Of a stretch of 64,000 nt of DNA, positions 53,403 to 64,000 are shown one piece after another (the stretch's first letter is position 1; the number at the start of each line of letters is the position of its first letter). Under the pieces are notes generated by a model. It saw only the letters and a list, made by a program, of their open reading frames with translations. It did no database searches and was not told the DNA's origin. The translations under genes and the position numbers were made by a program. This stretch comes from Octopus sinensis (Eukaryota), in assembly GCF_006345805.1 (NCBI RefSeq), contig NC_043003.1, forward strand, positions 43,524,001 through 43,588,000, written 5' to 3'.

Positions 53403-53620
53403 TATGTTTGACTTTTGCTTTATATTTGTACAAGTTGGCTCCAAGTCTCACTCAGAGACCTCAAGAGACAACAGGGTTGGAAGTTCATGTTGTTGTTATG
53501 CCTAGTGTGCCATATATTTGGGGGGTGGGGATGTTGTACTAATGAATGTCTAAAAAAAATTTTTTTTTTTTTTTTTTTTTTAAACCGAAAATTATGTTTG
53601 TTTTAAACCTTGAGATTACA

Positions 53621-53622
<2 letters not shown>
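53402..53622 (-). mobile_element. R4/Dong-like 3'-UTR-only copy between two (TAA)n arrays
   Basis: Paralog of 45037-45216; gtctcttgaggtctctgagtgagacttggagcc...gtcaaacatag-(AAT)n. Confidence 0.8.
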
Positions 53623-53699
<77 letters not shown>

Positions 53700-53700
53700 T

Positions 53701-54995
53701 ACTCAGGAGATTAGACTGTTGGAAAATAAAAGAATCCTAACACCGTGCTACATATAGCCTTAGATGCCAAAAATCCTCCTATTGGGGCCAAGAACCCTCC
53801 TAAGTATCATAGTTGCCCCAAATAACACTATTTTCTGCTGCTGTACGAAAGTGGGATTTATGCCTATTTCCTCTATCCATCTGCTCAGATCTTTAGGGAC
53901 AGGATCCAGTGCACCTAAAACTACTTCGATACATTTTACCAAAACTTTTCTTAGTTTCTGTAATTCAAACACTAGGTCCTGGAACTTTGCTATTTTTCTA
54001 TACTTCTCATTAATTTTTTCATCATTTGGGACTGTAAAGTCAATTATCTGGCACTTTCTATTCTCCTTATCTACTACTACTTCCTAATCAGGCCTTCTAA
54101 CTTGTATTACTTTGTCAGTCTGAATGTTAATGTCTCACAGAATCTTGTATTTCTACTTTTCAGTACTTTACTAGGTTCATGTTCATACAATTTATCAGTA
54201 TCTTCAAACCCTAGCTTCCTACAAAACTCCCAATGCGTTTCTCTCCTTAGATTGTCATATGTTTTCTCGTATTCTTTCTGTACCAACATTCAACATTCAC
54301 TTACTAAATGAGTAACGCTTTCCTCTTTTCATCTGCATAATCTATAATGGGAATCTACTTGGTTTTCTTTATTGTGGTTTGTTAATAGTTGATCTTATGC
54401 AGCGACTAACAAACTTTCTGCCTCCCTCTTCAGCTTTCCCTTCTGCAGCTATAACCATGTCTCACCACTACTATTTGCTGCAACTATCTTTGGGTATCTA
54501 CCATACAACGCCTTCTCCTACCAGACAGTTAATTTCTGCTTTTCTTTTGGTCTTAATTTTGCTGTGAATCTAGATGTTTTTAAAAAACTTTCTTCACTAT
54601 TACCTACGACGAATTTTATATCTACTCTAGCTAACTCTACGCAGTTTTCTACTGATATTAACCTTCTTCCACCCCTTCCTTTCTAGGTAGATAAAATCTT
54701 GCTACTCCTGTCATTGAGTGGAGTCCTCCATTCATATTGAATTTCTTCCTAGTTTTTCTGTCTAGCTTTGCTAATTCAGATTTTGTCAAATCTACAAAAG
54801 CTGCTGAATATCAAAGTAATGATACTGCCCAAGTATTTACAACCTTCACTAGATACGGACCGTTTAGCTCTTACTTCATTAGTTTCCTCGCCCTTCTGAT
54901 GTACTCCTTCTCAATGTTCGTTTTCATTTCTCTAGTTCGTACTCGGTCAGAATCTGATACTCCTAGATACTTATAACCCTCCCCACCTTTCAACG
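53701..54995 (-). mobile_element. R4/Dong-clade LINE 3' part (thumb, RLE, 3' end)
   Basis: YKYLG, KEYIRRARKLMKSELNG, LDRKTRKK, HWEFCRKLGFEDTDKLYEHEP, VVLGALDPVPKDL...QKIVLFGATMILRRVLG; ends in (TAA)n. Confidence 0.92.
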
Positions 54996-57483
54996 GTACA
55001 TTGCTATTCGTTCTTTTCAGCTATATAATACTTTCTTGGTTATTCTGGCCGTGCTAAGAAGGTACGCCATTTGTAACAGTGCTAGCTTCCACTCTGTTCC
55101 AATTTCTTTTATATTCTTCTTGATGCCTTCTGCTACTGAACCCAAGCATCCATTTTTTCCCCTACATTTTCAGAAACCGGGATATTTCGTACTTCAAAGG
55201 GTTGCATCTATATTTTCGCCTTCCTTCTTGAATATTCGTGAGTCAAATTGGCATGCAACATCAACTATATAGCATATGTGGTGTACTTTGGAAATCATCA
55301 CTAGGTCCGCTCTGTTATGCTCTAGCACCTGATATGTTTGGACTGAGAAATCTAAGATGATTTTGCTAATCTCCGACTCTGTCACTCCCTGCAGTTTCTG
55401 TTCATACCACGTCTTGACTCTCTCTAGCCCCCACTTTCTGCAAGTTTCTAATGTAACACTTTCGCTACCTCACAGTGTTGCCACAACTTGTAGTGGCTTT
55501 AGGCAAGTCTAGGGCATTCGTTCGTGATATGGGCCTTGGTTTGCCTCCACTGTATTGCAGGTGCGGTACAGCGGAGACACTGGTTCATTCCACAGGTAGA
55601 CCCTTCAGTTCATGGCCAGAATGCTTGGTCCTGTGCTGCCAGTATAGTGCTCTCGCCTTTTTATTTTAGGGTTTCTTTCATCAGCCAATCCCACTTATTT
55701 TCTCCAGCAACTTCTGTTTTGGCTACATGGAATTGATTGTATAGTTCCTACTTGCGTAATTCTTATTCATGTCCTTTTTGTACTTCTCATGTTTTCCCCT
55801 TTTTCTCTGCTCTCAATACTCTCTCCCTCCTAACTCTCACTATCAAGGTTTACTTACTTCGGGCTATGTATCTTATTAAATTCTCGAGTTCGATGCACAG
55901 TCTTCCACACTTATCAACCTACTTTCTCTATTTGCTTTCTTCATGTATTGGCGGTCAGTGACTTCACGTGGATGATGGGAACCGAGCATCGTTAGGAGTT
56001 TTCTTGACTACCTGTCCCTCTCATTTAGCTCCTCCTCTGTCTACTTCAGGATGATTCTACCGCTATACGGAACTACTGAAACTGCACATGAATCCCGAAT
56101 TTATTCCCGAAATTATATCTCTGACATTGAGCTTTGACGCCAATATTTTTTTCACTCGCCGCAGGTACTCTCTCTTATTTCTTTTACTTCAGGCCGCGGT
56201 ATTTGATTCCCTCTGCCTCAAGTATTTCCAGGTATTCATAGCTGGATTGAGGTTTAATTACCTTCATCCTTTTATCGCATGGCAATCATATGCCTTCTGT
56301 TCTGGCAAACGTTTCTCGCCTCATCGCTATCGTAGCACATCCGAAAGGATGAAAGGCAAAGTCAACCTCGGCGGAATTTGAACTCAGAACGTAACGGCAG
56401 ACGAAATACCGCTAAGCATTTCGCCCGGCGTGCTAAAGTTTCTGCCAGCTCGCCGCCTTCAGGTTATGTTGATATTTACCTTTGGCTTCCAAACCTAACT
56501 TCCGGTCTATAAAGCTCGAGATGGGATTTATTAGATTGTTGGTGGTGTGTGATATTGTCAATTCTGATATAACCAGTGATATCATTTATCTTCCTGACCC
56601 ATTCGAATGAGTTTCTTTCTGTTTACATTTTTAAACCCTGTATAAAAGTACTGTTCACCAGATGATTTCATTTAAAATGGATATCCGTTCTTCTATTCAC
56701 TCATCGCTTTCCTGATCAATAATCTCAGACTCATGCTCGTTTCCTTCCTTCAACTCTACTGCCATAGTTTCACTATCTCCATTCTCTTCCTCACCATTCT
56801 GTTCACCGCTTGTCTTATTATCCCAAAGCACCCGTCTCTTAATGCTTTCTAGTTCAACTGGAGATAACCATTCAGTCTTTCTGGTGGCTCTAACTTGGTC
56901 CCACAGATTTTGTTCACTTAATTCAAATAGGTGAATTAAGTCGCTCCCTGCCCTGTGGGTTCTTTTCCTATATCTCCTAGCGGGTACTTCATTATTATTT
57001 CTCGGATTACCCAGAAGTTAGCACTCTAATACAGCCACATTCATTTCTTTCATCCACCTACTTTTAGCAGTTGCTTGATGATGACTGGCCCCATGCTGCT
57101 CACCCGTGGGGCACCCGCCGGGCGAGTGACTCACAGAAGGTTTTTCAGCCTCATTCACGCCGTTATCATTTCTATTTTTATTTGAGATTTCAGCACCCAG
57201 GATAAGGGTTAGTGAATTATAGGTTGAACAGCAACCAGTATTTTTCCACGTGACACCATCACTGACAGAATCTCCACCCTAGGATATAGGATTCTTGTTA
57301 TCCTGGTTTACTTTTTGGAGTTTCGTCTCCTACAAAGAGTGCTCAAGTGTCATGATTCCTTCTGTCTCTTAGATATATATTATTTTGCTGGTTGTTTCCT
57401 CGTAAGTGTTCATTAGCCTTTATAAATGTCTTCTTTTTTCTTCCTATAGTATCAAAATAGCAAGAATCATACAGCCCCCGCGC

Positions 57484-57484
<1 letters not shown>
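54996..57484 (-). mobile_element. R4/Dong-clade LINE retaining 5' end, N-terminus, thumb and RLE but lacking the RT core
   Basis: 5' end abuts (TAA)n at 57484; DQVRATRKTEWLSPVELESIKRR (N-terminal), REYLRRVKKILASKLN, RKLLTM, ILDFSVQTYQVLEHNRADLV..IVDVACQFD; a SINE sits where the RT should be. Confidence 0.85.
56336..56459 (-). mobile_element. SINE family 2, 3'-truncated young copy inside the R4/Dong element
   Basis: Reverse complement aaggcggcgagctggcagaaactttagcacgccgggcgaaatgcttagcggtatttcgtctgccgttacgttctgagttcaaattccgccgaggttgactttgcctttcatcc. Confidence 0.93.
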
Positions 57485-57562
<78 letters not shown>

Positions 57563-57564
57563 CG

Positions 57565-57720
57565 TAGTTGTTGTTGTTGAGGTGTCATCTTAATTCTGTT
57601 AATTCTGCTGGATAGCATGTCACTTCCTGCGTCAATAGGGATCTAGCACCTCTCTTAACATTTCTGTCGCCCCTAATATAAAACAAGGAGGGTTTCTGCA
57701 TAGTAGAGATCGTTATCTCA
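57565..57720 (-). mobile_element. R4/Dong-like extreme 3' fragment
   Basis: GATEMLREVLD (cf. GATMILRRVLG at 53790) followed by a short UTR and (TAA)n. Confidence 0.6.
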
Positions 57721-57772
57721 CAACGAAAATATTACGCGGTTATTATTATTATTGTTGTTGTTTTTATTATTG

Positions 57773-57836
<64 letters not shown>

Positions 57837-57885
57837 TATTATTATTATTACTATTCTTCTTCTTCTTCTTCTTCTTCTTCTTCTT

Positions 57886-57944
<59 letters not shown>

Positions 57945-57974
57945 CATCATCATTACCACCATCATAATCCTCGT

Positions 57975-58430
57975 CATCGTTGTCGTCATCTCTGTTATCA
58001 CCATTATCATCATCGTGATTTTTACAGGCCAGTTTAATACGCAGGGATGCGCTACTGAGATGTATCGCCTTGTTGCCTTAAATCTCAAGAATCTTTCAAC
58101 TTGACAATATGCATCCCAATTTCATTATCGTTTATCCTCCTACACAGCTCTTTGAGCGTACACCAATTATTATATAAACAATTTTCAGCTTTGTGCATCA
58201 CAACTATTAATCTTTCTGGCTATTTTTAATATTTTCAGTTTTCTCAAGTTTCTTTCGTATATACTCAACTATCATGCGGTTACAAAGTATTGTAACCTTT
58301 GTACTTTCTGTTCTTCATTGTCATATCTCGTCAGGTTGCTTCAAAAATATTATGTCTCCATAGTGAAGCTCCTTAACTCACGTGATTATAAATAATTGAA
58401 CTCATATTCGTATCATTTCCTGCCACATCA
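57975..58430 (-). mobile_element. Very old R4/Dong-like RLE and 3' end fragment
   Basis: Decayed QPD..MK, EIVYIIIG-like pieces; 3' end resembles 45310-45370 and runs into (GAT)n/(TAA)n. Confidence 0.4.
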
Positions 58431-59893
58431 TTTCAAAAGAGTCGTCTAATACTCTATTTTCCTCTTTCACCGACACTGACATGCCTACAAAAGTGTTTTT
58501 TTGTGTAGATAATAGCAATCGCCTGAGTGGTATTAAATATTCCGTCACAGTTACTACATCTTGTGCTTTTGCTGATTTTCATCACTGATTTCATGACTGA
58601 TTTTCATCACTTCTTGTTATCAAACTATTTTTAATAGCTTGACCTCAGTAGTTATAATTTGTGATCTATTTCCTCGTTTCAGGCTTGGATTTCTCCAAGG
58701 ACACATTGTCCTTCATCTCGAAGTATGCCATTTTGATGTATCAGTTGGTCCTTGTTTCTCATTACATTCCAACTGTGAATATCTAATAATTGTTTGTTTG
58801 TCTGTTTTTGTGGTATAATACATCTATGAACCTATGTTCGTGGTAGATATACTATTCGCTGTCAAATTTTGCGTGATGTATTTTTGATGACATCTTTATT
58901 TTTTTCGTTTACTTCGCAGTTTGCTGACGTTGGAATTGACAATTTAGAATACTATAGCTATAATATTATAATTTAAGCTATACATGGATCTGAGTGCTAA
59001 AAAAATATCAAAACAAGTTTTCTCCTTGGGAAACTCTAGCGTTATTTGGTTTTGATTTTAAAAAATTTAATGTTCCAAACAGCATTTCCCTACTGCAGAT
59101 TCACATCTGTCTTTGTCAGCTCAGCAACTTTACTTTATTTTTTTCTTTCCAGTACAGAACTATTAATGCAAAAGTTGTAGTTCTTAAAATTCTTTAAAGT
59201 TGTTAAAAAAGAATACCGATCAACAGTAATCGGAAAAGATTGGGCTCACTACATTTTTCTTTACTACAGAGCTCAACGATAAGTGTAAGACTAGCATGAT
59301 AGACTCATTTGCCAAAAACGGCTTCATGGGGTGAGGATCCCTTGTTTATTTGCTCAAGTGAGTGTTTTGGCTAATGTCTCGTTCACATTTATGTGTGGTG
59401 ACTATTATTCTCACCAACCCACAAACACAAAAATACAACACAGAAATGCACATTCACGCACACACTCACAAGCACACACACACCAAAACACACAAAAACA
59501 AACGTAAACATACGCAAACACTCATATACTTAAACTCATATCAGAGACAGGGCACAAAAGAAGACCAGCCGACTGGTACGTAATGTTTGAAACAATAATC
59601 TGCAGCTGAAATTTTCTTAGCTATGTCTCTTGACTTAGTTCAGTGACAACAAACTGGCGACAACGGTATCTAACTATAAGGGCAATATCACATGCTACAA
59701 AAATCTTTCAACACATGTTTAATATGAACATCATCTCTTCATTTTCATCTATATGAGAGAGAGTCTGCAGAACGTGAGGAGAAATATATTTCAGTAAAGT
59801 ATTCATGCCTGCAAGTCTATATATTGTATGTACCCTGGTATATACTGCATGCGTGCGCACACATACACTTACATAATACATATATATGTACAT

Positions 59894-59977
<84 letters not shown>

Positions 59978-59980
59978 CAT

Positions 59981-60950
59981 ATATAGAAAATAGTAAAAAG
60001 TGAAAAAAACTACAGAAGGTTTGTTTTAAAAGGTTAAAAATATATATTTGAGTCATTATGTCTGAAGAATGTTATAAATGTTTTTCATACAATGACATAA
60101 TTTTTGAAGAAAGACCGGTTTCGCGTTCAGCTTTTCAAATTTCTTACATCGTTATGTTTACGTTGAGAAATGTGAAGGAGAGTGAAAGAGAGTTCCAGAT
60201 AAGGGGAGGTAATAAGTGATTTCTTCCGGTGTAAGGGAGATAATCGTTTAATATTTCTTGCCTTTCTTTTGGAGTGAGTTTCTCTGTATAAGAATGTTGG
60301 AATGGTTAAGTTTGGGCTTGTATTTTTCAATGAAGAATGTTTCCTTGTTTAGTCTAATTTGTGTTGGTGTTCCGATAGCACTACTCAGACGTAGATGCAC
60401 ACTGCATCGACAACAGATTGCATTCCCAGAATACAGAATGATACCCTTTAGTGAGCACATTGAGAAATGCCCAAAGCAACTACTACCACAATTTTTAATC
60501 TTTCCAGTTTACCAATGTGCTATCGGAACACCAACACAAATTAGACTAAACAAGGAAACATTCTTCATTGAAAAATACAAGCCCAAACTTAACCATTCCA
60601 ACATTCTTATACAGAGAAACTCACTCCTAAAGAAAGGCAAGAAATATTAAGCGATTATCTCCCTTACACCGGAAGAAATCACTTATTACCTCCCCTTATC
60701 TGGAACTCTCTTTCACTCTCCTTCACATTTCTCAACGTAAACATAACGATGTAAGAAATTTGAAAAGCTGAACGCGAAACCGGTCTTTCTTCAAAAACTG
60801 TCATTGAATGAAAAAAATTTATAACATTCTTCAGACATAATGACTCAAATATATATTTTTTAACCTTCTAAAACAAGCCTTCTGTAGTTTTTTCACATTT
60901 TACTATTTTCTATATATTCAACCACGTGCTTTCACACACCAACTTTCTCA

Positions 60951-60955
<5 letters not shown>
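59981..60955. mobile_element. Penelope-like element forming a palindrome: inverted 3' segment plus direct GIY-YIG C-terminus and pLTR
   Basis: 59981-60381 is the reverse complement of 60517-60915; the 135-bp spacer plus right arm read LLRRRCTLHRQQIAFPEYRMIPFSEHIEKC...RLNKETFFIEKYKPKLN. Confidence 0.95.
60753..60791 (+). ncRNA. Hammerhead-like motif with U3/A8 variant core (mirrored on the minus strand at ~60107-60145)
   Basis: AAGAAA-U-UUGAAAA-GC-UGAAC-GC-GAAA-CCGG-UC-UUUCUU: stem I 6 bp with one extra U, 2-bp stem II, palindromic ACCGGU stem III, GUC site. Confidence 0.55.
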
Positions 60956-60990
<35 letters not shown>

Positions 60991-60991
<1 letters not shown>

Positions 60992-62955
60992 TAGCTGAAG
61001 GTGACCCGCTCTACGCGCGGGTAAGAGTGTAGTTGTTACTTTCTGTTGCTTCCTTTCAGCATGTAAAAAGCACTATCCGAACGTGACCGATTGCAGCGCC
61101 GCCTTGACTGGCTTCTGTGCCGGTGGCACGTAAAAAGCGCCAACCGATCGTGGCAGCTGCGAGCTCCCCTGGCACCTGTGCCGGCGGCACGAAAAAAGGA
61201 CCCACAACACTCACAGAGTGGTTGGCTTTAGGAAGGTCATCCACCTGTAGAAACACTGCCAGATCAGATTGGAGCCTGGTGCAGCCTCCTGGCTTCACAG
61301 ACCCCGGTCAAACTGTCCAACACGTGCTAGCACAGAAAACGGACATTAAACGATTATGATGATGATGATTCTCCCTCTTTGTTTCTCTCTCCTTTCTCTC
61401 TCACTTTCCCCACTATCTTACTTTTCTTTTCTCTCGGATTCTCCCTCACTTTCCCTTACTCTTTATCTTTATCTATCTCTCTCCCATTTATAAACAACAA
61501 AAGATCTTGAGTAAGTTGAGAAATAAAATATTTAGAAAGATCAATCATAAATATCAGGCAGTGGCAACGGAAAGGTCTGCTTGAAGTCAGACAGCAAAAC
61601 GCTAACATTTAAAAGGGACAGACGAACTTGCGAGCTGAATAAAAATAATAAAATATTGGAAACTAAAGTTTGAAGGGATAGAATCTGAGGATAGTAGAGT
61701 CACCATGGCTGGCATTTCTTAACGACGGACAGCAACGTATTGACAGTTTAACGGACGGCGTAAAATTTTGAGCTTGATGTAAAAGAAAATTCGTAAACAC
61801 CAAGTTTTAAGTGATTTTTTCTCACGACAGTAGACTCACCATTGCAAGCATTCAAAACTTCTTCATCATGGACGGCAACACATTGACGATTAAAAGGCTG
61901 GCGCAAATTTTTTAGCTACATGTAACAGAGAATTCCTAAACACTCGCTCCTTTAAATTTTAATCCCCTTCCAGCCCCATTTAGACCCCTTTTCACATTTT
62001 GGTTAATATAACCCGATTCCATTCGGGTCTACTAGGGCCACATTTTATAAGATGAGGAATTTTGTCCTAGAGGTGACGCCTTTCATTTGAGGAAAAAAAT
62101 AGTTGTCATGCAAACTTGCCAGCACTTTTAATATAGGTGTGCATATTTTCAGCTGACCCGACCGACTACGTAATGCACACATTATATATATATATATATA
62201 TATATATGAGTGTGTGTGTGTGTGTGTGTGTGCACGCATTATATATACAAATTATATATATATATATATGTATAAATTAAATTAGAGATAAAACCACTAA
62301 TAGGCAAATCAAACAGTGAAAAACGAAAAACAAAAACATAAAAATAAAAATATAATATAGAAAATATATAAAATATAAAATTGAAAAATTTAAATTATTT
62401 AAATTTAAAATAAAAATTATAAATTATATTTATAATTTGTTTAAAAATATATATAACTATGAAAAAGTATTAAAAATTTTAATATACATAAATACAGATA
62501 TATACACTTTGTATATATACATTATATATATATATATAGAACACACACACACACATAAATGAACGCAAGATATATCTGATTCATAATATTTGTTCTCATG
62601 CTCGTGTGTTGTTGGTGGCGATGATAATTCTCTCTATGAATGCAGACAGATACATAAAAGAACGCCGAAGTGATGGGAAGGTAGGAAACAGAGTGAGTGA
62701 AAAAGTGCCGGAAAGAGAGGAAATAGCGAGAGTGAGTTGAGGAAGACAGATACATTAAAGAACGTGAGTGGACTTGTCAAAGTGGGTTTTTGGCCCTTGC
62801 AACGATACCTTTTAAGATAGGGATTTCTAAGGTAGCCCACGGGCATCGTCACCTCATTTTACATATCACTGTAAATTTTGGAGTGAATCCGACGGGATGT
62901 AGTGGTCTTGAAAGCGATCCAAGCGGTAAAAACGCATTTCAGTTTTATATATATA
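60991..62955 (-). mobile_element. Non-autonomous Helitron-like unit(s) in tandem with the RepHel-bearing Helitron
   Basis: Minus strand starts tatatatataaaactg directly after the CTGG end at 62956 and ends acccgcgcgtagagcgggt-caccttcag-CTAG|T at 60991; a possible second 5' end lies near 62205. Confidence 0.75.
61066..61370 (+). mobile_element. SINE family 4 / RTE-related short element, 5'-truncated, inserted in the Helitron unit
   Basis: Three subrepeats of (tggc)acgtaaaaagc, then gagtggttggctttaggaaggtcatccacctgtagaaac, and a tail cggacattaaacgattatgatgatgatga. Confidence 0.85.
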
Positions 62956-64000
62956 CCAGCTGAAGGTGACCCGCTCTACGTGCGGGTAAGAGCGTGGTAT
63001 ATATATATATATAAATGTATACAAATGATATATATATATATATATATATATAAATACAGATATATGCACTTTGTATATATAAAAATTATTATATATACAT
63101 ATTTATATATAGATACACACACACACATATATAAATTAACCCAATAAATATCTGATTCATAATATTTGTTGTCATGATTGAGTGGTGGTTGTGGCGATGA
63201 TAACTCTCTCTATGGATGCAGACAGACGTAGAGAGTGAGAGTGTGTGAAAGCGCTGTGGAAGGCAGGGAGGGGGGATAACGGACGCTGTGAAACGACGTT
63301 ATAGATAGAAATTGAAAGGAAGGGAGAAAAGTGAGTGAGTGATGGAGGAAGACAGATACATAAAAGAATGACAGTGTTGGATGTTTTGTTTGTTGGACCA
63401 ATGTATTAAGGTAGCATTGTTTTATTGTTTTAAGACGAAAGAGGCAATGTGTTTGTTTCAAAAATAAAAAAATCTGTAATAGTGAATGAAATTAGAATTC
63501 ACACCCAGCTCAGTTTTGTAGAAAGGGTATCACGACGTGAACTCATGAGTTGGGAGTTTGACTGAGAGAGTTTATATGGTGACACATGCCAGTCCTTTCG
63601 ACACCACCTAAACAATGGAATAGTGTATAAAATGTAATAAACAACTCATTCACTTTATGAATGTATTATGTTAGCGAAGAAACAATAACTTGACAAAACC
63701 GTTTAATGGAGACGTAGAAGGAATCGGAAAATGAGGAATAAAGAGAATGAGTTGGATCAAATGTTTGCAAACATCTGAACCCAATGTTCTTTATGGACCA
63801 TGTTCTTTTTAATGTCTTTATTTTCAAGAATGAAGAGATAATGAAGAGGTGCAAAATAAAAAATCAAGCAAAATTTCTTGACTTACAATCAGTTTTCTTT
63901 TGTCAGAGCCTCCTGATAAACCACGTTCCTTGTGCGCTCATGATTGCCAAGAATGAAGAGTTTATGTGGATTTCCAACTCGAGAACAGGCTACGTACAAT
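62956..64000 (-). mobile_element. Helitron 3' end (continues beyond the window)
   Basis: RepHel C-terminus at 63889-63999; 3' terminus acccgcacgtagagcgggt-caccttcag-CTGG|T at 62956 (hairpin + CTRR). Confidence 0.88.
63889..63999 (-). CDS. C-terminal 36 aa of a Helitron RepHel (PIF1-like helicase), partial
   Basis: LYVACSRVGNPHKLFILGNHERTRNVVYQEALTKEN*, matching the Helitron helicase end motif QLYVA.SRV...L.I....T.N.VY.E.L; missed by the ORF track (truncated, no start). Confidence 0.88.
   Translation of the reverse strand: MYVACSRVGNPHKLFILGNHERTRNVVYQEALTKEN

Noticed and set aside
60258-60650. 130-aa ORF as an intact gene
   Set aside because: Its N-terminal third is the antisense palindrome arm; only the C-terminal part is PLE endonuclease

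Overview
AT-rich, microsatellite-dense eukaryotic DNA, almost certainly octopus/coleoid cephalopod. That call rests on the SINE families and repeat landscape and is an inference without database searches. No host protein-coding gene can be called with confidence; there are only a few weak candidate exons and decayed reading frames. The window is largely a transposon graveyard containing: (i) at least 6 Penelope-like element (PLE) remnants, several carrying minimal type-I hammerhead-ribozyme-like motifs. One family has a U3/A8 variant core, and one copy forms a ~400-bp-arm palindrome at 59981-60915. (ii) A head-to-tail stack of R4/Dong-clade non-LTR retrotransposons in (TAA)n arrays at 50.0-58.4 kb, with a smaller cluster at 45.0-45.8 kb. 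(iii) An RTE/BovB-type LINE fragment and Tc1/mariner remnants. (iv) Four SINE families. (v) A GC-rich zinc-knuckle (ORF1/Gag-like) insert ending in a strong stem-loop. (vi) A tandem Helitron array at the right end, with the RepHel C-terminus and two hairpin+CTRR 3' termini on the minus strand. Remnant boundaries are approximate and were read by eye.
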